Of a stretch of 64,000 bases of DNA, positions 19,018 to 28,891 are shown piece by piece; position 1 is the first letter of the stretch; each line of letters starts with the position of its first letter. Made by a program: the position numbers and the translations under genes. The notes beneath the pieces are model-generated. The model was not told where the DNA came from. It worked only from the letters and a program-made list of their open reading frames with translations, and made no database searches. Location: the NCBI GenBank assembly GCA_963841545.1, contig CAWJDE010000013.1, positions 830 to 64,829 of the forward strand. Reading direction: 5' to 3'. The DNA comes from an uncultured Chloroflexia bacterium. GTDB taxonomy: Bacteria > Chloroflexota > Limnocylindria > Limnocylindrales > CSP1-4.

Positions 19018-19899
19018 GTGCCGCCACCGGCGGGTTCCGGCGTCGCTCGCGAGCCGAGAGGCGGGTATCCGGATCCTGTCCGCCTGGCCGGGCTCGTCCA
19101 CGCGGGCCTGCTCGATGCCGAGCTGGCGGCGCTCCTGTGGCTGCTCGTGGAGGCGCGCGTTCCGATCATGGTCGCGGGCGATGCCGCCGCGCGCGAGACG
19201 ATCCGCGACGTCCTGACGCCGCTCCTGCCCGCGACGGCTCCGCGGCGAAGGCTGGCGGGGCCCGATGAGCGATTCCGATGGATGCCCGAGGCCGCCGCGC
19301 TCGGCTGGCGGTCCGACCCTGCGGGCGCCGGCGCGCCCGGCGGGCACGCCGGAGATGGACCGGTGGCGCGCGCCATGGACGCGGAAGCCACGAGTCCGGG
19401 GCAGCCCGCCGTCGAGACGGGGACGGTGCTCATCGCCGATCTCGATCCGGACAGCGCGCTGCCGACCTGGGGCGAGCGCGCTCGCGTGGTGGTCCGCTCC
19501 CTCTCGATCGGCTACGGCCTCCTCGCCACGGGCACCGGCGCCCGCCTCGAGGAGGTTCTTGGTCGCCTGGCGATGCCGCCCGTTGCCGCGCTCGACGACG
19601 AGCTGGCCCGGCTGGGCGTGGTCCTGATCGCCGGCATGGATGCCGCCGGCCGCGGGCGCGTGGTTGCCGCGCACTACCTGCGGCCGGTCGCTCGCGACGT
19701 GCAGGGCCACGTCCAGCGGCTCCCGCCGGCCGTGCTCGCGACCTGGGCCCCGGCGAGCGGCCGGTTCGAGCACTTCGCCTGGGGCATCCTCGACGAGCTG
19801 GCCGGTCGGGCCGGATTGACGCCGATCGAGCTCGAGCGCGAGCAGGCGCGGCGCATGGAGCTGGTCACGCGGCTGGCCGGCCGGCCCGGGCCCGGCTGA
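19018..19899 (+). CDS. hypothetical protein
   Basis: Coding-like GC3 across the ORF. Start is ambiguous (GTG 19018 or ATG 19168). No family recognised. Lies immediately upstream of the ATPase/vWA pair. Confidence 0.4.
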   Translation: MPPPAGSGVAREPRGGYPDPVRLAGLVHAGLLDAELAALLWLLVEARVPIMVAGDAAARETIRDVLTPLLPATAPRRRLAGPDERFRWMPEAAALGWRSDPAGAGAPGGHAGDGPVARAMDAEATSPGQPAVETGTVLIADLDPDSALPTWGERARVVVRSLSIGYGLLATGTGARLEEVLGRLAMPPVAALDDELARLGVVLIAGMDAAGRGRVVAAHYLRPVARDVQGHVQRLPPAVLATWAPASGRFEHFAWGILDELAGRAGLTPIELEREQARRMELVTRLAGRPGPG

Positions 19900-20040
19900 C
19901 CGCCCCGACCTCGCCACGCTCGCCGGCCGGGCCTGGCCGTCGTGCCCGCGGCTGCCGCCGGCGACCCGTTTGACGCTTTCGAGGCGCCGTGCCACGCTGG
20001 CGCCCCGAGTCGCAACCGCCTGCATCCCGGAGTCCCCGTC

Positions 20041-21519
20041 GTGGTTCGCTCGCCCTCCGGCCGATCCCGCGCCGCCAGTCCCTCAGCCGGCTCTGACGCC
20101 AGCCGTCCGGACACGCTCGGCTCGCTGCGGTCGTCCGGCTGGCTGCCGCGGACGGTCAAGGAGGAGCTGCGCGCCAACCTGCTGACGCGGCTCGCGGCCG
20201 GAGACCGCCTGTTCGGCACCATCGTCGGCTACGAGGCGACCGTCATTCCCGCGATCGAGAACGCCATCGTCGCGGGCCAGGACATCGTGTTCCTGGGTGA
20301 GCGGGGGCAGGCCAAGACGCGGCTGGCCCGGATGCTCGTCGACCTGCTCGACGAGTGGCTCCCCGTCGTCCGGGGCGGCGAGCTCAACGACGACCCGTTC
20401 GCGCCGATCAGCGCCGCCGCCCGCGCGATCCTGGCCGAGCACGGCGACCGGACGCCGATCGAGTGGATCCCCCGGGATCGCCGCTACGCCGAGAAGCTGG
20501 CCACGCCCGACATCACGATCGCCGACCTCATCGGCGAGGTCGACCCGATCCGGGTGGCGGAGGGTCGCTACCTGTCCGACGAGCTGGTCCTCCACTATGG
20601 CCTGATCCCGCGCGCCAACCGCGGGATCTTCGCCGTCAACGAGCTGCCGGACCTCGCGGAGCGGATCCAGGTGGGCCTGCTCAACATCCTCGAGGAGCGG
20701 GACGTCCAGGTCCGTGGCTTTCAGATCCGGCTGCCCCTCGACCTGTTCGTGGTCGCCTCGGCCAACCCCGAGGACTACACCAGCCGCGGCCGGATCATCA
20801 CGCCGCTCAAGGACCGGCTGGGATCGCAGATCCGAACGCATTACCCGCGCTCGCTCGAGCACGAGGTGGCGATCGTCCGCCAGGAGAAGCACACGTTCCC
20901 GTCCCGTCCGGACATCCCGCCCGTGGTGGTGCCGGCGTTCATGGAGGAGCTGGTCGCCGAGCTGACCCACCTCGCCCGGAGATCGCCCGACATCAGCCAG
21001 CGGAGCGGCGTGTCGGTCCGGGTCTCGGTCGCCAACGTCGAGGTGCTCGAAGCCGCGGCGATCCGCCGGGCCGTCCGGCTGGGTGAGCCGGTGGGTGCGC
21101 CCCGGATCTCGGACCTGGGCGCGCTGCTGGCCTCGACGGCGGGCAAGGTCGAGGTCGAGACGGTGGGCGAGGACACGCCCGAGGAGCGGATCGTCGAGCG
21201 GCTGGTGACCAAGGCCGTGTTCGCCACCTTCAACCGCCACGTCCTGCTCGACCAGCTGGCGCCGGTCATCGAGGCGTTCGAGGATGGGCTCGTGGTGGAA
21301 ACGGGCGAGCTCGTGCCATCGCGTACCTACGTGCGCTGGATGCGCGAGATCCCGGGCCTGCGCGAGGCGGTCGTGCGGCTGGGCACGTTCGACGCCACGG
21401 ATGGCGCGCAGGACCCGGCCCTGGTCGCGTCGGCGGTGGAGTTCCTGCTCGAGGGCCTCCACCTCCAGCGGCGCGTCAACAAGGATCGCGGCGCCGCGGG
21501 CGTGACCTACCGCCGATGA
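20041..21519 (+). CDS. MoxR/ChlI-like AAA+ ATPase with degenerate Walker B
   Basis: Walker A GERGQAKT. Walker B region reads IFAVNELPD (Asn in the Asp position). MoxR-like sensor region VVASANPED…DRL. Start chosen at GTG 20041 (GGAG RBS); the track start 19942 lies in a low-GC3 leader. Confidence 0.7.
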   Translation: MVRSPSGRSRAASPSAGSDASRPDTLGSLRSSGWLPRTVKEELRANLLTRLAAGDRLFGTIVGYEATVIPAIENAIVAGQDIVFLGERGQAKTRLARMLVDLLDEWLPVVRGGELNDDPFAPISAAARAILAEHGDRTPIEWIPRDRRYAEKLATPDITIADLIGEVDPIRVAEGRYLSDELVLHYGLIPRANRGIFAVNELPDLAERIQVGLLNILEERDVQVRGFQIRLPLDLFVVASANPEDYTSRGRIITPLKDRLGSQIRTHYPRSLEHEVAIVRQEKHTFPSRPDIPPVVVPAFMEELVAELTHLARRSPDISQRSGVSVRVSVANVEVLEAAAIRRAVRLGEPVGAPRISDLGALLASTAGKVEVETVGEDTPEERIVERLVTKAVFATFNRHVLLDQLAPVIEAFEDGLVVETGELVPSRTYVRWMREIPGLREAVVRLGTFDATDGAQDPALVASAVEFLLEGLHLQRRVNKDRGAAGVTYRR

Positions 21520-21523
21520 GCCG

Positions 21524-23764
21524 ATGGCGTTCCTGACGCCCGATCCACGCCATCTCCGCCGCGACGACGGCCGGTCGTTCGGCGGCGACCCGGCGCTGGT
21601 GCCCGCCGCGCGCTACCGCCGCTGGGACGGCAGCCAGACGCTGCCCGACTTCACGGCCGACGAGATCATGGATGCGCTCGCCGACGACCTCCTCGAGAGC
21701 GGCGACCTGCGCGAGGCGCTGCGCAAGCTGGCGCGGCGCGGGCTCCGCAGCCAGGACCCGTCGCGCTCGGACCTGCGCGGGCTTCGGGACCTGCTGGAGC
21801 GGCTGCGAGCCAGGCGCGAAGAGACGCTCGAGCAGGGATCGCTCTCGGATCCGCTGGCCGACGTGCGCCGGGAGCTGGACGAGATCGTGGCAACCGAGCG
21901 CGCAGGGGTGGAGCGCCGGCTCGATGCGACGGAGCCCGGCGCCGAGCCGGACGCGGGTGCCGAGGGTGAGCCCGGACCCCGTGCCGAGCCGGACGCGGGT
22001 GCCGAGGGTGAGCCCGAACCCGCCGGACCCGCCGGACCCGCCGCGCCTCCGGCCGCCACCGCCGCGGGTGATGACCGGGGCGTCGACCCCGCGCTCCGGC
22101 GCATGGCCCGCGACATCGCGATGCGCCGGCTCGATCGGCTCGACGCGCTGCCGCACGACACGGGCGCCCGGATCCGGGCCCTGGACGACTACGACTTCCT
22201 GGAGCCCGAGGCCCGCGAGCGGTTCGACGCCCTCCTCGATCGCCTCCGCAGCGGGGTGCTCGACCGGCTGTCGGCCGGGCTCTCGGACGCAGTCAGGAAT
22301 CTCCGGCCGGAGGACCTCGACGCACAGCGGGCAATGGTCCGCGATCTCAACGCGCTGCTCGACCGTCGCCTCGCGGGGGACGAGCCCGCGCAGGCCGACG
22401 TCGACGACTTCCTCCGCCGGCACGGCGCGTTCTTCCCCGGTGCCGCCACCCTCGACGACGTCGTCGAGCAGCTCGCCGAGCGGATGGCCGCGATGCAGTC
22501 GCTGCTCCGCTCCCTGTCGCCCGAGCAGCGAGCGGAGCTGCAGGGCACGATCGACGCGCTGCTCCGGGACGACCGCCTCCGGTGGGATCTCGCGCGGCTG
22601 GCGTCGAGCCTCGATCAGCTCCTGCCGAACGGGCTGGGCGAGCCGATGCCGTTTGCCGGTGATCGGAGGCTCGGTCTCGAGACGGCGCTCGAGACGATCG
22701 AGCAGCTGCAGGCGATGGACCGGCTCGAGAACGACCTCGACGGCGCGACCCGGTCCGGCGACCTGTCCGGCGTCGATCGCGCCGACCTCCGCGAGCTGCT
22801 GGGCGACGATGCCGTCCGGGACCTCGACGCGCTGGAGGACCTGGCCGACCGCCTCGAGGCGGCGGGCTACGTCGAGCGGGCCGGCGACCGGCTCGAGCTC
22901 GGTCCCCGCGGCACCCGGCGCATCGGCCAGAAGGTGCTCGACGAGCTGTTCGCCCGACTCGGGCAGGATGCGCTGGGCGGCCACCGCCAGGAGCGCTCCG
23001 GCCGGGGCGGCGAGCGCGAGGAGACGTCGAAGCCGTTCGAGTTCGGGGATCCGTTCCATCTCGACCTGCGCTCGACCATGGCGAACGCGTTGACGCGGGA
23101 GGAGAATGCCCCGCCGCGCCCCGCCGGGGCCGGCGCGATCACCTTGCGGGCGGACGACTTCGAGGTCTTCCGCACCGAGCGGAACACGTCGGTGTCCACC
23201 GTGCTGCTGGTCGACATGAGCCGGTCGATGCTGCTGCGCGGCTGCTACCTCGCGGCCAAGAAGGTCGCGCTGGCACTCGAGACGCTCATCAGGACCCAGT
23301 TCCCGAGGGATCGCCTGGCCATCGTCGGCTTCGCCTACGACGCGCGCGAGATCCGGCCTGAAGCCCTCGCCAGCCTCTCGTGGCACGGCTACGAGTACGG
23401 CACCAACCTTCAGCACGGCCTCCAGGTTGCCCGCCGGATCCTCGCTCGCCAGCGCTCGGCGAATCGCGAGATCGTGGTGATCACCGACGGCGAGCCGACC
23501 GCGCACGTCGAGCACGGCGAGGTCGAGTTCAACTACCCGCCGACGAGCCGCACGATCCGGGCGACGTTGCGCGAGGTGGCGCGGTGCACGCGCGAGGGCA
23601 TCACGATCAACACGTTCATGCTCGAGCGCACGCCGGCCCTGACCGACTTCGTCGGCCTGGTCACCGAGCTCAACCGCGGCCGCGCCTTCTACGCCGAGCC
23701 AGAGCGACTCGGCGAGTACGTCCTCGTCGATTTCGTCCAGCGCCGCCGGAAGCGAGTGTCGTAG
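21524..23764 (+). CDS. vWA domain-containing protein (MoxR partner), 746 aa with long helical N-region
   Basis: C-terminal vWA domain with a MIDAS-like motif (LLVDMSRSM…ITDGEPT). Starts 5 nt after the ATPase stop. An internal 36-bp duplication is present. Confidence 0.75.
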   Translation: MAFLTPDPRHLRRDDGRSFGGDPALVPAARYRRWDGSQTLPDFTADEIMDALADDLLESGDLREALRKLARRGLRSQDPSRSDLRGLRDLLERLRARREETLEQGSLSDPLADVRRELDEIVATERAGVERRLDATEPGAEPDAGAEGEPGPRAEPDAGAEGEPEPAGPAGPAAPPAATAAGDDRGVDPALRRMARDIAMRRLDRLDALPHDTGARIRALDDYDFLEPEARERFDALLDRLRSGVLDRLSAGLSDAVRNLRPEDLDAQRAMVRDLNALLDRRLAGDEPAQADVDDFLRRHGAFFPGAATLDDVVEQLAERMAAMQSLLRSLSPEQRAELQGTIDALLRDDRLRWDLARLASSLDQLLPNGLGEPMPFAGDRRLGLETALETIEQLQAMDRLENDLDGATRSGDLSGVDRADLRELLGDDAVRDLDALEDLADRLEAAGYVERAGDRLELGPRGTRRIGQKVLDELFARLGQDALGGHRQERSGRGGEREETSKPFEFGDPFHLDLRSTMANALTREENAPPRPAGAGAITLRADDFEVFRTERNTSVSTVLLVDMSRSMLLRGCYLAAKKVALALETLIRTQFPRDRLAIVGFAYDAREIRPEALASLSWHGYEYGTNLQHGLQVARRILARQRSANREIVVITDGEPTAHVEHGEVEFNYPPTSRTIRATLREVARCTREGITINTFMLERTPALTDFVGLVTELNRGRAFYAEPERLGEYVLVDFVQRRRKRVS
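21941..22020. repeat. internal tandem duplication (2 x about 40 bp) inside the vWA gene, encoding EPDAGAEGEPxP twice
   Basis: gccgagccggacgcgggtgccgagggtgagcccg occurs twice in direct tandem. Confidence 0.8.
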
Positions 23765-23829
23765 AGTCACCACCCGGGGCGCGCCCCTGCCATCCCCGCG
23801 TGGTCGGGTGACGGGCGCGCCGATGGGAG

Positions 23830-24327
23830 GTGTCCGTGCTCCAGCTGTTCCTGTTCCTCCACGTGCTCGGCGCGATCGCGGTGTTCGGGCCGACGTTCGC
23901 GTTCCCGCTCATCTCCCGCCAGGCCGGCGCCGCGCCGCAGCACGGGCACTTCGCCGCCGTGGTGATGGACCTCATCGAGCGCCGGATCGTCATCCCGGGC
24001 GCGATCGTGCAGGGGATCACCGGTGTCGCCCTGATCCTGATCATCGGCGCCGATCTCTCCACGGCCGCCTATCGCTGGCTGATCGCGGCGATCGTGCTGT
24101 ACCTGATCGCCGTCGGCTACGCGATCCTGGTCCAGGCGCCGGCCGCCGCGAAGATGGTCGAGCTCACGGCAGGTGGACCCCCCGCGGGTGCCCCGCCGGC
24201 CGGAGCGCCGGCCGGCCCGCCGCCCGAGATCGCCGCGACCGCGCAGAAGCTGTCGAGGGGCGGAATGCTGCTGACGGTGCTGATCGTCCTGATCGTCGCC
24301 CTGATGGTGACCAAGCCCGGCGTCTGA
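23830..24327 (+). CDS. DUF2269-like small integral membrane protein
   Basis: Four TM segments. GGGAGG RBS. Alternative GTG start at 23836. Confidence 0.5.
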   Translation: MSVLQLFLFLHVLGAIAVFGPTFAFPLISRQAGAAPQHGHFAAVVMDLIERRIVIPGAIVQGITGVALILIIGADLSTAAYRWLIAAIVLYLIAVGYAILVQAPAAAKMVELTAGGPPAGAPPAGAPAGPPPEIAATAQKLSRGGMLLTVLIVLIVALMVTKPGV

Positions 24328-24660
24328 CCCGGGCCGGCAGCGCCCACCGGCGTCCGCCCATCGCCCACGGGCCGGCGCCCATCGCCCATCGCCCACCGCG
24401 CACCGGCCACCGCCACCATCCGAGCCGAGGGCCCGTCCCGGCCGGGGCCGGATGCGCCCACCCGGGCCGGACCGGCCGGTCGTCGCATGCCGAGCGGCAC
24501 CCCTGGAGCGACAGCCGACCCTGGCCCTTGCTCACCTTCCGCCCGTTCGCCTGTGGCTCGGGCGGCGCATCCTCGTGCGGCCGGCGTCGGAAGGGCGGCG
24601 GATCGGGTGGGCGCCACCCCGGCTACCATCAGTGGCAACACGAACAGGAGACACGATCCG

Positions 24661-26067
24661 ATGCCCCACGTCGCGACCTCGCCCGCCGACCTCCTCGCCA
24701 AGCTTGCCGGGATTGCCCACGTCGCCGACGACGGCCTGGTCATCGACGACGCCGCCCGGTTCCGCTCGCAGGCAGCCGCGGACCTCGCCTGGACCGCGGC
24801 GTTCACGACCGATGACGCCGTCGCCGAGGCGGCCAGGTGGATCGTATGGGAGGCGAGCCAGGCCCTGGGCGCCCGCTCCGCCAGCATCCACGAGCTGTAC
24901 AAGGCCCGCAGCCGGGGCGAGGTCTCCGGCTTCACCGTCCCGGCCCTCAACCTCCGGGCGCAGACGTTCGACATGGCGCGGACGGCGTACGAGACGGCCG
25001 CCGCGGCCGACGTCGGCGCCGTGATCTTCGAGCTCGCCCGAAGCGAGCAGACCTACACGTATCAGCGCCCGATGGACTTCGCGACGTCCGTCCTGGCAGG
25101 TGCGATCGCGGCAGGATGGGCGGCGCCGGTGTTCATCCAGGGCGACCACTACCAGTTCAACGCGAAGAAGTACGCGGCCGATCCCGAGGCCATGACCGAG
25201 GAGATCCGGCGCGCCTGCCGGCTCGCCATCGACGCCGGCTATCGGAACATCGACATCGACAGCTCCACCCTGGTCGACCTGTCCAGGCCCAACGTCGACG
25301 AGGAGCAGCACGAGAACTACACGCGCGCCGCGGAGCTGACCGCGCTCATCCGGAGCCTGGAGGCCGATGGCGTGACGGTGAGCGTCGGCGGCGAGATCGG
25401 TGAGGTCGGCAAGCAGAACTCCACGCCTGAGGAGCTCCGGGCCTATCTCGCCGGCTACGAGCGCGAGCTCGGCGCGCGTGCCCCGGGCGCCATGGGCCTG
25501 TCCAAGGTCAGCGTCCAGACGGGCACGTCGCACGGCGGCGTCCCGCTGCCCGGTGGCGGGGTTGCCGAGGTCAAGCTCGACTTCGACGTGCTCGCCAAGC
25601 TCGGCGTCGTCGCCCGCGAGCATGGCCTGGCCGGGGCCGTCCAGCATGGTGCGTCCACGCTGCCCGACGAGCTGTTCCACCACTTCCCGACGGTCGAGAC
25701 GGCCGAGATCCACCTTGCCACGGGATTCCAGAACTCGCTCTACGAGCATCCGGCGTTCCCGTCCTCGCTGATGGACGCGATCTATGACTGGTGCCGCGCC
25801 AATGCCGCGGACGAGCGCAAGCCGGGTCAGACCGAGGAGCAGTTCCTGTACACCACCCGCAAGAAGGCCATCGGGCCGTTCAAGCGCGAGCTGTGGGATC
25901 TGGAGACCAGGGACGAGGTGCTCGCCTCGCAGGCGACCAAGATCGCGTTCCTGTTCCGGAACCTCAAGGTCAACGGCTCGATGGAGCTGGTCGAGCGGTA
26001 CGTCAAGCCGGTCCCCGTGGCGCGGCCGATCCCGGACGCACTCCGGACGGCGACGGTGGCTCGCTGA
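24661..26067 (+). CDS. class II (ketose-bisphosphate) aldolase family protein
   Basis: F_bP_aldolase-like motifs: FIQGDHYQF and VQTGTSHGG. AGGAGA RBS 8 nt upstream. Confidence 0.65.
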   Translation: MPHVATSPADLLAKLAGIAHVADDGLVIDDAARFRSQAAADLAWTAAFTTDDAVAEAARWIVWEASQALGARSASIHELYKARSRGEVSGFTVPALNLRAQTFDMARTAYETAAAADVGAVIFELARSEQTYTYQRPMDFATSVLAGAIAAGWAAPVFIQGDHYQFNAKKYAADPEAMTEEIRRACRLAIDAGYRNIDIDSSTLVDLSRPNVDEEQHENYTRAAELTALIRSLEADGVTVSVGGEIGEVGKQNSTPEELRAYLAGYERELGARAPGAMGLSKVSVQTGTSHGGVPLPGGGVAEVKLDFDVLAKLGVVAREHGLAGAVQHGASTLPDELFHHFPTVETAEIHLATGFQNSLYEHPAFPSSLMDAIYDWCRANAADERKPGQTEEQFLYTTRKKAIGPFKRELWDLETRDEVLASQATKIAFLFRNLKVNGSMELVERYVKPVPVARPIPDALRTATVAR

Positions 26068-26170
26068 GCGGCCACCGGCTCCGCGCTGCGGCGTCCCGGC
26101 AGGGGCGCCTGCAGCCGTGACCGACGGCTTCGGCGACGGCCTGGAGCGGCTTCGTCCGGCTCCGCTGCCG

Positions 26171-26692
26171 GTGACGATCCGGCTCGAGGCGCCGGGCGAC
26201 GAGCCGGCCATCCGGGCGGTCGAGCTGGCCGCGTTCGCCGGTCCCGAAGAGGCCGACATCGTCGACCGGATCCGGCATGAGGCGCCGGACGGATGGCATT
26301 CGCTGGTGGCGCACGACGATGAGGGCGGGATCGTCGGTCACCTGCTGCTGTCGCCGTGCCCGGTGGTGGACGACGACGGCCGACCCGTCGCCCGGGTGCT
26401 CGCGATCGGCCCGGTCGCCGTCCAGCCCGGGGTCCAGCGCCGGGGCGTCGGCTCCGCGCTGATGACAGCGGCGCTCGGTCTGGCTCTCGCGCGGGCGGTG
26501 CCCGCGCTCGTCCTGCTCGGCTACCCGTCGTACTACCCGCGGTTCGGGTTCGAGCCGGCACGCACGCTGGGGCTCAGGCCGCCGGCGGCCGCCTGGCCCG
26601 ACGCGGCGTGGATGGCCCGGCTGCTGCCGGCCTGGCGGGAGTCGATGGCGGGAACGGTCCGCTACCAGGCCGCGTTCGAGCCGCTCGCCTGA
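26171..26692 (+). CDS. GNAT family N-acetyltransferase (YhbS-like)
   Basis: Motif QRRGVGSALM. GTG start placed by homology-style N-terminus (TIRLEAPGDEPAI). An alternative GTG lies at 26117. Confidence 0.55.
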   Translation: MTIRLEAPGDEPAIRAVELAAFAGPEEADIVDRIRHEAPDGWHSLVAHDDEGGIVGHLLLSPCPVVDDDGRPVARVLAIGPVAVQPGVQRRGVGSALMTAALGLALARAVPALVLLGYPSYYPRFGFEPARTLGLRPPAAAWPDAAWMARLLPAWRESMAGTVRYQAAFEPLA

Positions 26693-26877
26693 ACCGGATC
26701 GCCTGACGCCCGGCGCGGGGCCCGGGCCCGATGCGGGACTGGCGCGCCGCCTGGCTCACGCGCCGCCCGCCCGGCTCACGCGCCGCCTGGCTCACGCGCC
26801 GCCCGCCGCCGGCATACCCTGCTCGGGTGCAACGCGGAGCGCGCCCGCCGGTTCCAGCCCGCCTCTCATCGGCAGTG

Positions 26878-27921
26878 ATGCTCGTGGCGCTCGCCGTGAT
26901 CGTCGGCGTGGGTGGCCTGTTGATCAGCACCGGGTGGCCGGGCGGGACCCCGGTATCGACCGCGACCTCCTCGGAGATCGCGGTCGTGTCGGCGAGTGCG
27001 ACGGATCCCGGGCGCGGTGCGACACCCTCGCCCACGCCCGGTGCCGCAGCGAGCGCGTCCGCCCCGGCCAGCGAGCGGATCGGCACGCCGGCACCGTCGC
27101 CCGAGCCCGTGGTGCTGATCGGAGCCGGCGACATCGCGCGCTGTGACAGCCCGTTCGACGAGGCGACCGCGGACCTCGTCGCGGCCAGGCCCGGGGTCGT
27201 GTTCACCCTCGGCGACAACGTCTACCCGAGCGGCAGCGCCGCCCAGCTCCGCGACTGCTACGACCCGTCCTGGGGCCGCGTGCTCGACCGTACCCGGTTC
27301 GTGGTCGCGGGCAACCACGACTACCTCACCGACGGGGCGAGCCCGTTTCGCGCGTACTTCGGCAGGGCCGCCGTCCGTGGCGGTCACACCTGGTTCTCCG
27401 AGGACGTCGGCGCCTGGCACGTGATCGTGCTCGATGCAGACTGCGCCGAGGTGCCGGGCGGCTGCGGACCGGGCTCGGCCCAGCTCCGCTGGCTGCATCG
27501 CGACCTCGCCGGGAGCACCGCGGCCTGCACCGTCGCGATGTGGCATCAGCCACGGTTCAGCAGCGGCTACCACGGCAACGACCGGGAGGTGTCCGCCTTC
27601 TGGGACGAGCTCTACGCGGCAGGCGCCGAGCTCGTGCTCAATGGTCACGATCACGACTACGAGCGCTTCGCGCCGCAGGATCCCTCGGGTCGGGCGGACC
27701 CCGATGGGGGCATCACCGAGATCGTGGCCGGCACGGGTGGCGGCCAGCTCCGGCCGTTCGCCGGTCGTCAGCCCAACAGCGTCGCGCGATCGGCTCGCTC
27801 GTACGGCGTGGTCGTCCTGACGCTGCGCGCCGACGGCTGGGACCTCGAGTTCGTGTCGACCGACGGCCGGTTCAGCGACGCCGCGACGGGAACGTGCCAC
27901 CAGGGCACCATCAGCCCATGA
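26878..27921 (+). CDS. calcineurin-like metallophosphoesterase, N-terminally membrane-anchored
   Basis: Signal anchor MLVALAVIVGVGG. Metallophosphatase motifs GDNVY, GNHDY and GHDHDYER. Confidence 0.7.
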   Translation: MLVALAVIVGVGGLLISTGWPGGTPVSTATSSEIAVVSASATDPGRGATPSPTPGAAASASAPASERIGTPAPSPEPVVLIGAGDIARCDSPFDEATADLVAARPGVVFTLGDNVYPSGSAAQLRDCYDPSWGRVLDRTRFVVAGNHDYLTDGASPFRAYFGRAAVRGGHTWFSEDVGAWHVIVLDADCAEVPGGCGPGSAQLRWLHRDLAGSTAACTVAMWHQPRFSSGYHGNDREVSAFWDELYAAGAELVLNGHDHDYERFAPQDPSGRADPDGGITEIVAGTGGGQLRPFAGRQPNSVARSARSYGVVVLTLRADGWDLEFVSTDGRFSDAATGTCHQGTISP

Positions 27922-28763
27922 GCGACGCCACGTACGGACCGTCCTGGTCGGCCGCCAGGGCGCGCGCTGCCGAGCCGCTCCTGCGCGGCTGGCTGGCGTT
28001 CGCGATGGACGCCTGCGATGCCGCGGACGAGATCGCGATGGCCAGCTTCCGGCGCGACCTCGTCATCGAGCGCAAGCCGGACCGGTCGTTCGTGACCGCG
28101 GCCGATCGGGCCATCGAGCGCGAGATCCGCGGCGGCATCGAGGCGCGCTACCCGGACCACGGACTGGTGGGGGAGGAGTACGGGGAGACCGCCGGCGATG
28201 CGCCGACCCGCTGGTTCATCGACCCCATCGACGGCACCCACAACTTCATGCGCGGCATCCCCCTGTTCGGAACCCTGCTCGCGGTGGAGCACGAGGGCGA
28301 GGTCCAGGTCGGCGTGATCTCCGCGCCGGCGCTGCACGAGCGCTGGTTCGCCTGGCGTGGCGGGGGCGCCTGGAGCCGTGGCCGGGCCGGGGAGCGGCGG
28401 CTGACGGTGTCGAAGGTCGCCGCCCTCGAGGACGCGGAGCTGCTCTACGGCAGCGCCCGCGACAACGTCGCGAGCGGCTTCATGCCGGGCTTCGACGCGT
28501 TGCTCAGGGCGGCCTGGCAGGAGCGCGGCTTTGGCGACTTCTGGGGCTACGCCCTGGTCGCGGAGGGCGCCGCCGAGGCGATGCTCGAGACCTGGATGCA
28601 CAGCTGGGATCTCGCCGCGCCGCAGGTGCTGATCGAGGAGGCCGGCGGCCGGGTCACCGACGTCGCCGGCGACCGCCGGATCGACGCACCGTCGTTCATC
28701 GGCTCGAACGGGCTGCTCCACGACGAGATCCTGCGCCGCCTGCGGGTCCCGCCGGGCCCGTAG
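27918..28763 (+). CDS. inositol monophosphatase family protein (possibly histidinol-phosphatase HisN-like)
   Basis: IMPase motifs WFIDPIDGT and WDLAA. Start overlaps the upstream stop (ATGA). Confidence 0.8.
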   Translation: MSDATYGPSWSAARARAAEPLLRGWLAFAMDACDAADEIAMASFRRDLVIERKPDRSFVTAADRAIEREIRGGIEARYPDHGLVGEEYGETAGDAPTRWFIDPIDGTHNFMRGIPLFGTLLAVEHEGEVQVGVISAPALHERWFAWRGGGAWSRGRAGERRLTVSKVAALEDAELLYGSARDNVASGFMPGFDALLRAAWQERGFGDFWGYALVAEGAAEAMLETWMHSWDLAAPQVLIEEAGGRVTDVAGDRRIDAPSFIGSNGLLHDEILRRLRVPPGP

Positions 28764-28891
28764 CGGTCGGGGCGTCCCGAGCAGCCATCCGCTGCGCGCC
28801 CGAAGCGGACACCAGCCGCCGCGCGACGGGCCGCCATCCGATGCTTGCGCTGCGCCGGCCGGACGCTCTCTCGGCGGGACCGGCCGCTGGC

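Noticed and set aside
21476-23773. 765-aa minus-strand ORF
   Set aside because: It is antisense to the vWA-domain gene. No motifs, R/G/L-rich.
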